From positions 1 to 64,000 of the forward strand of contig QPMI01000675.1 of the NCBI GenBank assembly GCA_004431415.1: a DNA stretch of 64,000 nucleotides. The letters run 5' to 3'. The notes under the pieces are model-generated. The model searched no databases. It was not told the DNA's origin and saw only the letters and a program-made list of their open reading frames with translations. A program made the translations under genes and the position numbers. Below, piece by piece: positions 41,904 to 54,500 of this stretch. This DNA is from Cyanophora paradoxa CCMP329 (lineage: Eukaryota; Plantae; Glaucophyta). The first letter of the stretch is position 1, and every line of letters begins with the position of its first letter.

Positions 41904-44643
41904 CTAGGAGAGGGGCGGGAGCGGGGGCACGACGGCCCCCGCGCGGAGGACCTCGAGCGAGTCGGCGCAGCGGCGCTCCGCCGCCGCCAGCGTCGCCTCC
42001 ACCGCCTGCGCCGCGCTGAGCGGCCGCCCCCTCCGAAGGGGAGGCGAGCGAGGGCGAGGCGGGGGGCACCTCCTTGTGGCGGGCGAGCTCGTCGACGAGG
42101 GAGAGGACGCTCTCCGTCAGCTGCTCCCGCTCCGCCGCGAGCCGCAGCGCCGCCTCCTCCTTCCTGCGCCCCGCCCCCGCCGTCAGAGGCTGGAGGCGGG
42201 GCCGGCGGGGCCGGCGGGGGCGGGGGCGGGGTGGGGCGCACTGGGCGACGAGGTCGGAGACGAGCTTCTCGGAGGCGGCGAGGCGGGCGGCGCCGTCGCT
42301 CCGGTCCCGCGTCGCCCGCTCCTCTACCGCCTGCGCCTCCTCCTGCGCCCGCCGCACCTCCTCCCCCGCCCGCTCCTTGTCCGCCCGGTACCGCTCCTCC
42401 GCCTTGCGCGCGAGCTTCTCCTGCGAGTCGAGCGCCTCCCGCCGCTCCGCCATCTGCTCCTCCAGCACCGCCAGCCGCTCCCGCGCCTCGTGCAGCTCCT
42501 CGTGCGCCCTCCTCAGCCGCGCCCCGAACGACTCCCCCAGCCGCCGCAGCGCCGGCTGCCCCGCCGCGGCGTCAGCGACCCCGCCCGACCGCCCCGCGCC
42601 CCGCGGCGCGGCGCCGCGCCCGCTCGCCTTGATCACTGTCTTCATGTCCGCCGAGACGAGGTCGGCCGGCGTGTTGCCCGCCGCGTTCAGGTTCAGCTGC
42701 GCGGCGGTCAGGCGCGGGGGCGCGCGCTCGCCGCTGCCCCGGGGTACCCGGATGTCGAAGTCGACGCCGTCGGCGAACTTGGCGCCGCGGGGCAGGATCT
42801 TGACGCGCTCGCCGGCGGCCCGGTAGCCCTCCAGCGCCCTGTTCACCTGCGGGCGGGGGGGTTGGCCGGGTGGGCGGGCGGGCGGGCGGGCCGGCGGGGA
42901 GGGGGGTACGGGGGCGGCACCTCCTCGAGGCGGCGGGAGACCTGGACCTCGAGGGCCCACTTGGCGCGCTCGGCGGCCTCCTTGGCGGCCCCCGCCGCCT
43001 GCAGGTCGGCGTCCAGCTTGCCCTTCTCCAGCGTCATCCGCTGCAGGTCCACCGCGATCGCCTCCTGCGCCCCCGCCCCGCCCCTCAGCCCCGCCGGCGG
43101 GGCGCGCGGGGCCGGCGGGGCGGACCTGCGCGGAGAGCTTCGCCTGCAGCTGCGTGCGCTCCTGCTGCAGCTCCGAGAGCTCCTTCTCTGCGGCCGCCGT
43201 CGGCGCCGGCCGGCGAGAGCGGCGGGGGAGGGCGGCGGGCGGGCCGGCGCACCACGGGCCTCGAGCTCGGCCTCGCGGTCCTCCTTCTTCTTGACGCACA
43301 TCTGCTTGTGGCCCTGCAGGCTCGCGATCAGATTCTTGAACTTCTCGATGTCGCTCGTCTGGTCGATCCGCTTCCGCTGCAGCTCGTACAGCGGGCTCTG
43401 CCCCCCGCCCGCCGCGTGAGCGCGGCAGGGCGGAGGCGGCGGGGAGGAGGGCGGGCGGGCGCACGGGGGTGGACTTCAGGGCGTCGAGCTCCTTGCGCAG
43501 GTTCTCCTGGTGCGCCTCCAGCTTCCGCACGTCCTCGATCACGCTCTCGTTCTTCGTCTCTGCCCGCCCCGCCCGCCCCGCCCGCTCAGCCGCCCCGCCG
43601 CCGCCGCCGGGCGGCACCCCGTCGCGCACCGAAGATGGAATCCAGCTCGGCATCCAGGTAGTCGATGTTGTCCTCGCCCGCCAGGAAGTGCTGGTACGCG
43701 CGCCCCAGGTACTCGTAGAACACCTGCGCCCGCCGTGAGCCGCCCGCAAGGCGCGCGGCGCGGGCGGGGTGCGGGCGCGCCTTCTCCGTATCCACGCCCT
43801 GATCGAAGTCGTTGGGGGCGCCGGCGCCCCCTGCCACCTCCTCGTACTGCGGTGCGGTGGGTCAGCCGGCGGCGCGGGCGGGCGGCGGCGACACAAGCGT
43901 GGGCGCACGGTGAGGAGTTCTATTAACCAGTTCAGCGACGCCAGCAGCGCCGGCCACGTGTGCGGGCTGCCGACCGCGTGCAGCGCTGTCTTGCTGATAG
44001 CGTACGGATACCTGCGTGGCGGGGGCGTGCGGGCGCTCAAATGAAGGCGCTTTGGGTGTGGCATGTCGCCGCGCATCGCGCCCGGGCGCTCCGGGGCGCC
44101 GCATACCTTAGCTTTTTGAATATGACGGGGATCTCCTCCAGGAACTTCTCGCCGAACTTCCAGTTGGGGTCAATCTGCCGCAGGAGGAACTGCAGGATGT
44201 GAAGGAAGTCCTTGCTCGCCGGCGCTGACAGGATCTTCGGGGAGATGGGGTGGTCGTAGCCGTGCTCTGCCAGGTACTTGATCAGGTTCCGAACGCAGCC
44301 ATTGAAGTACGCCTTGTCGCTGATCGGCCGCGGGTCTGCCTTCGTTGAGGAAGCTCCCTTCATGATGTTGGAGGTCCTGCGCCCGACCTGTCAGATAGCC
44401 GCGGCGGCATGCGGGACGGGCGAACCGCAGGCTCCCGATGCTGGATGGCCGGTGGCCGAAGGAGAGCGTGCGCACAACGCCGCCGTTCTGCACGCCTATC
44501 GTCATGCGCTTCTGGCTGTTGGCCGCGCCCTGCTTCGCCGCCTGCGCGTTTGCCACCAGCTTCGCCGGCCCTATGCTGGCCCGCGAGTTCAGCTGGGAAG
44601 GCGACATCGGCCCCAGCGTAGCACGCTGGTTGGCTCGTTGCAT
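41904..44643 (-). CDS. NDC80: Kinetochore protein NDC80/HEC1
   Basis: Basic N-terminal tail, then DPRPISDKAY...APASKDFLHILQFLLRQIDP...EEIPVIFKKL|RYPYAISKTALHAVGSPHTWPALLASLNWL (Ndc80 CH domain), VFYEYLGRAYQHFLAGED and a long coiled coil with a loop region (ILPRGAKFADGVDFDI). Confidence 0.95.
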
Positions 44644-44862
44644 CGCTGCTGCTCTGTCTGCGGTTCCCGGGTTTTGTTCCGTTCGAGCACAGTGTACCCC
44701 TTTGCAAAAAAAGAGGTCGCCCTCTTGCACAGCTAGCGACCCTGGAAGCGAACCGGGCAGCGCAGTGGAGCCGCTGCAGCAGGGTCGAGCACTAGAGCAG
44801 TCGACACAGCCACTCCGAAGCTTGCAGCCTCATCGGCGGGAACCGCGGACCAGCAGAGCGGG
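44644..44862. promoter_or_regulatory. Putative bidirectional promoter region (NDC80 / CEP43)
   Basis: About 220 bp between divergent ATGs; positional inference only. Confidence 0.4.
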
Positions 44863-46902
44863 ATGGCGAGCGTGGACGAGATCAAAGAGATTGTAACGCG
44901 GACATTAGAGACCAAAGGGGTTCTCGGAAAGATCAGGGTGCGCGGACGGCGCGGGTCGTCGGCAATTTGAATGGGGCAGCGGCTAGTCTGAACCGGCGGG
45001 CTTGACGAGCCTTGGCGGCATCCGTATGCGCTCTGACGGCTCTCTGCTCGTGCAGGCTGAGCTGCGCGCGAGCGTCTTCACAGCGATCGACGAGCAAGAA
45101 AAGGAGAGCGGCATCTACCTCGAGAATGCGGCCATCCAGAAGTTGCAGTCCACACCAGAGGGTGCGACAACAGAGCCAATCTTCATGTGCTCGTCTGACG
45201 ACCGCCCGCGCGCTCGCAGGGCGCCTGGCGGCGGAGCTCGTGCGGGAGTTCCTCGAGTTCTACGAGCTGGACTACACGCTCTCCGTGCTGCTGCCGGAGG
45301 CGAATCTCGTGCGCCCCGCCATCTACGCGTGCCCGCGGCGCCCTGCGCCGACCCCGCGGCAGCCGGAGCAGTATCAGGGGCGGGACGACCTGTCGCGGGA
45401 GATGGAGCTGAGGCCCGAGGGCACAAAGCGGCCCCTGCTCGTCGAGCTCATCGACCGGTACAGGAAAGGCCGGGGCGCCCCCGGCGGGCACGCGCCGCCC
45501 GTGCACTCGCCCGTCGGCCACCACGGCGAGGTGCGCCGGCCTGCAGCGTCCGCCCGCACCCCCAGCGCGCGCCTGACGCGCCGCCCAGCCGACGCACATG
45601 CCGCGGCCGTCGACGGCGCCGGTGGGGCACCACGCGCCGGGGCCGCTGGCCGGAGCAGGGGCGGGCGGGGCGGGGCTGGGGCGGAAGGCGCCGCCCAGCA
45701 ACATCCGCACGAACCAGGACGACCTGGACGGCTCGACGGACTCGATCGACGAGGCGTTGAAGGCGCACGCGCGCAAGGCCGGCGGGGGCGGCCTGGGCGG
45801 GGGCCTCGGGGGCCCGCCCCCGCCCCGGCGGGGCTTCGTGGGGGAGGAGGACCTCGACACGTCCCCCTCGTCGACCTCGGGCAACTTCGGGACGCGCAAC
45901 CGGCCAAAGCCGGCCGCCCACGACGACGGCAGCGACGAGGACCTCTCCTCGACCGTCAAGCGCGGGCCGGGCGGCGCCGGCGGCTTCGGCGGGGGCGGGA
46001 AGATGGGGGAGCCGAGCCCCGGGAGCGCGGGGAGCGCGGGGCCGTCGCCCTCGGGCCCCGGCCCGCACGCAGGCAAGCCCGGCCAGGAGAGCGTCTCGAG
46101 CTCGCTCAGCAGCCTCACCGGCCTCCCGTCCCTCGGCGCCCCCGCCGGCGCCCGCCTCGGCAACCTCCCGCCCCTCGGGCGGCCCCGCCTGCAGCCCCTC
46201 GAGACCCCCGGCGGGCCCCCCGGCAAGACCGGCGGCACCTCCAGCCGTGCGTGTACCCCCGCCCGCCCGCCCGCCGCGCCGGGGCCGACGGCGGCGCGCG
46301 CAGACGGCAACAGCGACGACGAGACTTCCCCTAAGAAGGAGCCAGAGCGCCCCCTGCCCCCGCCCCCGGCCCCCGCCGCCAAGCAGCCGACGCTCTTCAA
46401 CCCCGCCCCCGCCCCCGCCAAGAGTGCGCGCGTGCCCCCCTCGCCGCTCCCTCCCCCCTCGACGCGCCCCGCAGAGGAGCCCCCCAAGGCCTCCCACGAG
46501 GACGACGCCGAGGAGGTGTACAGGTGCGGCCGTACCCCGCCTGCCCCCCCCCCCACTTGCTGAACGCCGTACCCCCAGCGAGATCGAGGAGACGATCGAG
46601 GACGACCTGTACGTCGCCTCCGAGGAGGAGGACGCGCCCAAGCCCAGCGGGCCCAGCAAGGTGCCGTACCCCCACCCGACCGCGCCAGGTACCCCGCTCT
46701 CCTTACCCCCCGCCCAGGCCAACCAGAGCACCTCGGCGAACGAGAGCCAGAAGCTCGCCACCACGGTGCGCCGGCGCCCTCGTGCCCCCCGCGCGCTCGA
46801 AGTCACGTACCCCCGCAGCTGGAGTTCTCGACGAGCGACCGGAGCGTGGACGAGGGGGACGACGATGCGAGCGGCTACTTCGAGGCCGTCCAAAGAAAGT
46901 AG
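44863..46902 (+). CDS. CEP43: Centrosomal/basal-body protein CEP43 (FGFR1 oncogene partner, FOP) family
   Basis: MASVDEIKEIVTRTLETKGVLGKIR|AELRASVFTAIDEQE...|GRLAAELVREFLEFYELDYTLSVLLPEANL (TOF + LisH/FOP dimerisation region), a long disordered middle with SSLTGLPSLG, and an acidic C-terminus STSDRSVD...GYFEAVQRK*. Confidence 0.85.
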
Positions 46903-47092
46903 GCAGAGCAGGAGCGGGTGTTGGAATACGAGAGCTGCGCGCGCGCTCACGGCTACTCGCTGCGCGCTCGCGAGGCCCGCCCCCCTTGACGAAGGCCAAC
47001 GAAGCACGCAAGCGCCTTATCTATTTTACAATTACACACAACACCGAGGTCCCTCGAGAGCGGCCTCGGGCGAGGCCTAGGCTTCTACCTGG

Positions 47093-48334
47093 CTAGGAGG
47101 GCGGGGCGGGCCTGGCGAGCTCGAAGCCGACGGCGAGGAGGCCCTCGACGACGGCGCGGGCCACGCGCGCGTACGCCTCGCGCTCCATCGGCGGCAGCTC
47201 CTCGAACGGCGCCAGCAGCGGCTCCTTCCGCGCCCGCCCGTCCAGCCTCTCCCCTTTCCTGCCCCCCGAGCCCCAAGCTCAGCGAAGCGTGGCCAGGGGC
47301 AGGGGCGGGCGGTCCGAAGCGCTGCACACCGCCAGCCGGCCGAGTACCTCGCCTGCACCCACGCCTCGTGCTGCGCGAAGGGGGAGCGCGCTCGGTTCGG
47401 TCCGATTCGGAGGGGGTGCGGCAGCAGGGGAGGGGTACCGCGTTGGAGGCGAGGGCGGGGGCGAGCTCCTGCGCCAGGGCCTTGTCCGCGGCAAAGAGCT
47501 TGCGGTCGTCGAACTTCATCGGAGTGTACCTGCGCGCGAGGCTCAGCTGAGCGAGGGCCTCGGGGCGCGGGGCGCGCGGGCCGGCGCCCACCCCTCCTTC
47601 ACGACAGGCGCCCACGCCGCCCTGCGAAGAGCGGACGTGAGCGGGCGCTCGCTTCTGGGAGAGCGGGTGCAAGGGGCTCACTTCCCGTCCGACGGCACGA
47701 GGAGCAGGTCGATGAGGTCCTGCGGATGGCGTCATACGCGCACTCGGAGCGCGCTCGAAGGGAGGGCCGACCAGCATGCGCGGGGGGCGGATCTGCCGAA
47801 GGAAGCGTTAGCTCCGATCTAGAAGCGGCACGAGGCAGCGCTCACGCTGAAACCGAGGCCGCTGATCGCGCGGAGGGTCTGCAGCAAGACGCAGCGCACG
47901 GCCTGCTTGTCCTCTTCGGGCAGGCACGCATACGAGACCTGGAGAAGATTGTCAGCACGCTCCCAAGGCCTCTGGCGCCGCGAACGCACCTCGGGCGAGC
48001 CCGCCTGCCGCCGGGTGCATCCAGACCGCGCGCGGGCCACGACCCAGCTGTCGTGGAGCGCGCTCGACAAGATGTCGATCGTATCGACAGGTAGAATCGC
48101 TGGGTCGCGCCCCCTGTGGGCGATCGTCTTGCCCCCGCGGTAGCCGCCGCCGCCGCCGAAGATCGACTGTGTGACGGCCCACGCGACCGCGCCAACCGCG
48201 ACGACGCCGACGCCTGCGACTACGGGGAGCGGGAGCGGGATCGCCTTCAGCAGGCCGACGAGCGGGTTCTCGCCGGCGCTCTCCTGCCGCTTGCTGCTGC
48301 TCGCCTCGACCTGCTGCGGCGCGTTTCGCGACAT
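47093..48334 (-). CDS. Small single-pass membrane protein with two tandem RyR (ryanodine receptor repeat) domains
   Basis: Hydrophobic LPVVAGVGVVAVGAVAWAV segment. Repeat 1: TIDILSSALHDSWVVARARSG...|VSYACLPEEDKQAVRCVLLQTLRAISGLGFS. Repeat 2: YTPMKFD...LAPALASNA|HEAWVQARYSAGWR|KGERLDGRARKEPLLAPFEELPPMEREAYARVARAVVEGLLAVGFEL. An upstream exon is possible. Confidence 0.75.
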
Positions 48335-48603
48335 GCTGGGCGAAGCTCAAGTTTCCTTAGCTAAAGCGTATGTACGTGGGCCGGGTATTGTGGCACTGGG
48401 GAGGGTACAGAAGCTCTCACCCCTCATCGCCAAGCCGGCGCCCAGGGGCCAGGACACCTTTGCAAAGTCGTCCGAGCTTCCGAACCCGACCAGCGCGCAT
48501 TCGCGACGGGAGCTCGTGGCATTGCCGAAGCGCTCGGCACCTATAGCTAGCGGCGAGCGCGCACAGGCGCAGCAGCTCTAGTACACTTCAGAGCGTCTAG
48601 TAC

Positions 48604-50798
48604 ATGTCGACTTGGGTGCAGCCGCAGCCGCCCCAGCCCGCGAACGAGGCGCCGCCGCCACTTGCAGCCCATGCGCCCGGCATGACATCCGCCGCGTGCG
48701 CCGCCGCCCGCCGCAGCGTGCTGTGCCTCTGTCGTAGATTTAAAGGCATAGATCGCGCGTCGTTCTCGCGTGCCTGCACCCCGACGCCTCCACGTGCGCA
48801 TGCACAGGTACGCGGCCGCGGAACGAATGCGGCGCCTCGCACTCCTCTCGGACGGGGTCGACCTGAGCTTCATCAACCCCGATCTGGAGGAGACGCTCAT
48901 GGGCCTCTTTCTGGAAGCGCGAACGAGGCTGCAGGAGGGCGCCGGCGCCGCGGAGGTGGAGGCCCTCGCCGCGGCGCCGCTCGCGCAGGCGATCGCCCTC
49001 ATCCGCGAGGAGCGCGAGGCGCACCACGTCGTCCAGTGCGCTCCTTCGTCTATCCCTGAGCCCGCGCCCCGCGCTCACGCCGCGGCAGATACCTGATGGC
49101 GCGCCGCGCGCCTAGGCCTCCCGGATCCCATGCCACAGCCTGCAGCTGCAGCTGGCTTCCGCTGACGCGCCCCGTCGCGCGCGCAGCACGTGCGGCTGGT
49201 GTACGAGCGCGCGGTGAGCGCCACGGGCGACAGGGCGGCCGAGCTCGTCCTCTCGCGCGTCCGTCCGCCGCTCCTGCGGCGCCTGCAGGAGCTCCTCAAC
49301 CCCGAGGTGCCGCCGTACCCCCCAGAACACCCTCGCCATCGGTTGAACACCGTGCCCCCGTCAGCTGCTGTCCCTGGACGACGCCCTCCGCGCGATGGTG
49401 CGGATCAGCCCCTTCCGCAAGTCCGGCGCCCCCGAAATGCGAGCCGTACCCCCCTCCTCCCCCCCCCTTCCCTATCCCCGCTCTGCGGCTGAGGCGGTGC
49501 CCCCGCAGCGCGGCTGCGGCGCGGTGCCTCGGGGAGGTCCTCGCGCCGGCCTCGGAGCATGTGCCGCCCCGCCCCTCCCCCGCCCCTGCCGTCCCCTAGG
49601 CCTCGAGGCGAGGGGGCGGCAGGGGGCGGCGCTGGCGCTGCTGCCGCTCTCGACGGAGGACGCGCGCGCCGTCGCCTCGTTCCTGAAGGCCGCCCTCGAC
49701 GCCGCCGCCATGGACCCCGCCCCCGCCGTCCTCTGGCGCCGCGCCGCCCTCGCCCTCGCCCGCCAGCGCGCCGACGCCGAGCGGGCCGCCAAGGGCGCCG
49801 CCAGGGACCCAGCGAAGAAGAAGGAGGGCGGCCGCGAGATTCGCGCCAAGCGGGACCGGTGAGAGCTCTCCAAGGCCGCCCCCTCGCTTCGCTCTTGAGG
49901 GGGGGCGGGGGCGGGGCCAGGTTCCTGCGGGCGGCGAGCGGGCGGCGGCTCTCGCCGTACGAGTCGCGCATCGTTAAGGCCCTCGCAGCCGTCTTCCCCG
50001 AGGAGGTGCGGGGGGCGGGGCCCGGGGCGGCCATCTTTCTCGCCGGCTCGACGGCCCGGCCCTCGTGACTCGGGCGCCGCTCCCGCCGGGGCCCCCGCAG
50101 ATCGCCCTCGCGATCGTCTCGTTCCTCTGCCGGCACCCCTGCGGTCCGCCCCTGCCCGCCTCGGGTCTCCTCCGGCCCGCCCGCCCGCCCGCGCGGCTCT
50201 GATGTCGGCCCCGCCCATGCCAGCCCTGACATCCATCGACACGTGCTGGTGCGCCCTGCCGCCGCTCCCCTCTCTGTCTCCGGCCCTCCCCTGGCCCTCC
50301 CTCACTCCCCGCGCCCCGCGCAGCGTCTGCGCCGACCTCCGCAAGTACGCCGCCACCTACGAGAAGTGCGCCGTACCCCCGGCCCGGCCGCCCCGCGCCC
50401 GTACCCCTTACGGTCCCCGGGCCGGGGATACAGGTACGTGGACGGCGTCGGCTTCGTGGAGACCGCCTCCCGGTCGGGTGCGGGCCCCTGTACCCCCGCA
50501 CTGGGCCTGTACCCCCCATGGCCAGAAGCTCACGCCTTCTGCGACCTCGCAGAGTTCTACTGCCCGCCGTGCCGGTCCCGCATGGGTGCGCGGCCCGGCG
50601 CGGCGCGGCGCGCTCGCCCCGGCCCTGCTCCGATGCGAAGCGCTGAAGCGCTGATGCGGGGGGCGGGGGCTAGAGGAGGGGGACGGGGAGGGGGAGGGCC
50701 ACGCGCGGCACAACTTCCACCTCGTCGCCTCCCTCGACGAGGACGAGGGGGCCCCGGGGGGGGAGGGCCCTCCGGGGCTCATGTTCAGCGAATCATGA
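48604..50798 (+). CDS. Multi-exon hypothetical protein
   Basis: Helical coding-like exons with GT-AG borders (RMRRLALLSDGVDLSFINPDLEETLMGLFLEARTRL; VCADLRKYAATYEK|YRYVDGVGFVET; HAFCDLAEFYCP). Both ends are tentative. Confidence 0.5.
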
Positions 50799-51232
50799 TC
50801 GTGATTTGCAAATCAAATGCATATGCTCGCATACTTTAAGAGACGGGTGTGGGGGAGGAGGGCCCCCATGCGCCAGCAATCGGCAGAAAGGCTCGGGTTT
50901 GTTTCAAGTTCAATGTTCAAATTTGGCAGCTGAGCATGCATGTCGAACTTTAATTTGGAAAGCATTATCATGATCATCATGATCATCCACACGTACATAA
51001 TTACAAATAACCGTATACGTAGTAACTGCAGCTGCACATGTTATTCTCCTGATCATGATCGATATCAGTCTCGAGCTCGCGGTCGAGAACTCGGGCCTCG
51101 TGCCAGCTGCAGAGTCCCGTGAAGTTTCAGGGGCCCGGCCCCCAGTTTAATTTTGTGCACGAGGAAACATGCTTTAATTTGCAATTGCAGCCGTATACAA
51201 AACCGTATACAATTCGAAGAAATTGTGACGTA

Positions 51233-51467
51233 GTGCAAGCAGCTAATCGTGGGACTTTCTGGAATCTATGGTGCAAGCAGCTAATCGTCGTGGGGGGACC
51301 ATGGAATCTACTCTAATACATCTAAATCTACTATACAGGCTAGAGAGAAACTCTGAGATCGAAGCTACAGGGTATTGCCACGGGATCTTGCGCATGCCAT
51401 ATCATGCATGGGACTTCCTGGAATCTGCTCTAATACATCTAAACCTGTTAGCTATAGGCTAGAGAGA
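51233..51467. repeat. AT-richer degenerate direct repeats between convergent genes
   Basis: GTGCAAGCAGCTAATCGT at 51233 and 51271; TGGAATCTnCTCTAATACATCTAAA...AGGCTAGAGAGA at ~51302 and ~51419. Confidence 0.7.
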
Positions 51468-51565
51468 TCGAAATAATCACGAATAAATTCGGAAGCAGGC
51501 CCGAGGGCCCTCGACATAATCTATGCAGCTGCGGGCCTAATCCTGACGCTCGTCGACGCTGGCTG

Positions 51566-54500
51566 TCAGAGCTGGACGACGCAGAGGTCCCCGCGGGGGT
51601 CGGGGTCGCGGTCGTCGACGCCCAGGCCCAGGCTCGGCACGGAGCGCTGCCGCCCGCCCCTTTCCGCCTCCGCCTCCGACGCCGACCGCGCCGCCTTCGA
51701 CGCCGGCGCCGCGAAGACCGACTCGTGCCCATGGCGGGCGGGGAGGGCGAGCGCCCTGTCGCCCCTGCCCCCCGGGGCGGCGAAGACGTTGGGCGCCTCG
51801 CCGGAGCGCGAGCGCGAGCTCGAGCTCGAGCTCGAGGCCGTCTCCTCCACAGAGCCGATCCGCCACAGGCGCCCCACGCCCCGCCGCCCCTCCGCCCCTC
51901 CGTCCGCGGGCCGCGGCGGCCGCTCCCCCTCGGGCCCGGGCCCCTCGCCGGCCGCGCCCGCGAGCTCGAGGACGTCCCCGTCCGTCTCCTCCGCCCGGAT
52001 CCCGAACTTGCGCTGCCCCGCGCGCGCGGTCAGGCCATCTCAGAGACTCGGATCTAGAGGTGCCCTCTTTTTTTCCTTCAATCTTTCGGTTGAAACTAAA
52101 GCTCAGGCTTCTCGAGGGGCTCGAGATCGCGCACGCGGAGGAGGCGCCGGACGAAGAGGTAGGCGAGGAGGGCCTGCCCGGCGGCGCCCAGGGCGGCCCC
52201 CGCCAGGCTCGCCGCGTTCGCCAGGGCGTCCAGCGGCGTGGAGCGCAGCTTGCGGTCCACCAGCACGTACACCTGAGGGGAGGCGGGGGAGTCACATCAG
52301 ATCGAATCGAATCGGAGCGAGGCGAATTAGATGGGAGGGCGCCTCGGCGACGCGGAAGGAGGCGGCGACGGCGACGGACTCGTCGGAGCACTCGGGGGCC
52401 CCCAGGGGCCGGCTCGGCGAGCAGAGCGCCTGCATGCAGCCGGCGAGCCGGTGAGAGGAGGGCGAGGGGGGGAGCTCGAGGCGGGGCGGGGCGGGGGCGG
52501 ACGAAGGTGTCGAGGCCGCGCTCGGCGGGGGCGGCCTCGGCGAGGGAGAGGGCCGCGAAGTAGCGCGGCCGCCCCTGCGCGGGCGTTGGGCGAGAAGGGC
52601 GAGGGCGGGGGCGGGGGCGGGAGCGGGGCTCGATCGCGAGGCGCGCACGTCGTCGTTGTCGGTGAAGTGCATGGGGGTGAGGGCCACGGGGAGGGGCACG
52701 GGCGCGGCGCCCCGGAAGACCCTGCGCCCCCGAGCTCAGCCGGCCCGACGTGGGGGCGGGGCGGGGCGGTGCGGTGCGGGGCGGGGCGCGCGTGTCCTCG
52801 CGGGTCGTCTGCACGAAGCCCTGCGCCGTCACGAACTCGGGGACCTGCCGGCGGCCGTGAGGCACGCGGACCGCGAACCGCCGATGCCCGTGGGCTCGTG
52901 CGCCCAATATTCACTATGAGAAACGGGCGGGATTGATATTCGGGGGTACCTTGATGGTGTAGAGGATAGAGACGGCAAAGGCGAGGCGGGAGGAGAGGCG
53001 GAGGGTAACCCCGGCCCCCGCCGCCGACGCGATGCGGCACCCCTCGCACGTCCACGTCACGCTGCCGGGGGCCGCGGGTCGGCGTCGGTCAGTCGCTCAC
53101 GAGTCCGAGCGGCGCGGGGTTGGCGCTCGCTCGCTCGCGCACTTGCAGGAGGCGCCGGCGTCGAAGGGGGAGGTGGAGAGGGCCTGGCGGCCGGAGAAGC
53201 CCGAGGGGGCGAACGACGCGTCCAGCTCCGCCCTGCGAACGCCTCGTATGAGGGCGGGGCCGGCGGGGCAAGGGGGGGCCGCGAGGGGGGGCTGATCATG
53301 GGGTACCGGCAGGGCCCGCGGTAGCCGCGGAAGGTGGCGGAGAAGGCGAAGGAGCCTGCGATGGAGGCCGCCGAGGGCGAGACCCCGGGGTTCAGGCTGC
53401 ACGCCCCGCACCACCAGGTCAGAAGCGGTGCGCACGCTCGATAAAAGGCGATCGCGCGGGGCGATCGGTATCTATCTATCTTATTTCGCAAGGGACCGGG
53501 CGGGGGCGGGACCGGGGCCGGGGGCGGGCCTCTGGACGATGGAGTAGTTGGCGACGGCGAACTGGACGGCGACGAAGGCGAGGGCGACGCCGACCGCGAC
53601 GGCCCCCAGCAGCGTGAACACCGCCCCCGACACCGTCCGGTTCGACGGAGGCGGCGGTGCCGCCTCGTCCGTTGGCGCGCCGCCGCCGGCATCGGCGCCT
53701 GCGCCTGCGCCCCTCTTCGGCTCTGGACCTGGGGCGCCCGCGCCGCTTGGGCTGGAAGGCTTCGCCTCCGAGCTGCCCTGGCCGGGTCCCTCGTCCCCCT
53801 CGAACTCCTCTGCGCGGCCGTCAGCGCTCGGGCCGGGCCGGGCCGGGGCGGGGCGGGCGGGCCGCGGAAGAGGAGGTGGAGGCGCTGGACGCGGCGGTAG
53901 CGGGCGGCGCGGGCGGCGGGCCCGGGGGCGGGGAGGACGCGCAGGTAGAGGAAGGCGGCGAGGCCCGCCAGCGCCGTCGCACCCACCGCCCCCGCCCCGA
54001 TCACACCGAAGAGCTGCGGTCCCCGGCCCCTGAGCCGGCCCTTCCGGTGGAGCCGGCGGGGGGGAATGCTGACCCTGTTGGTTCGGTCGAGGGTCTCCTC
54101 CTCGGTGCGGACGACGGGCTGGCTCACGCTGCCGGCGTTGGCGCCGTACTCGAAGGGCGCCTCGGCGAGCTCCACGTCCTCCTCGTCGTAGTCCAGCGCC
54201 CCGCGCCGCCGCCCCCGCCGGCTTCGAGACCGGGCCCGGCGGGAAGCTGGGGATCCGGAGGACGGGGGCGGCGCGGCGCGGAGGGCGGCGGAGGAGAGGT
54301 CCAGCGAGTAGGGCTCCGAGGTGGCCACGGGGCAGAGGGTGCGGGGCGGGCACGCCAGGCACACCGCGCTCCCGTTCGCCGCCGCGTACGTCCCCAGCGG
54401 GCTGCGATAAACTATGAGCCGCGTAGAATCGAGGCCTGTCGTGATCGAGAGACCGCGGACCAGGGTGTGCAGGCGGGCATGGAGGCGTTGCGGAAGGAGC

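Noticed and set aside
47093-48334. Ryanodine receptor calcium channel gene
   Set aside because: The locus is only ~1.3 kb, is bounded by other genes and has no pore or other RyR domains.
51233-51467. CRISPR array
   Set aside because: Only two copies per unit, no regular repeat-spacer period, no cas genes, and a eukaryotic context.
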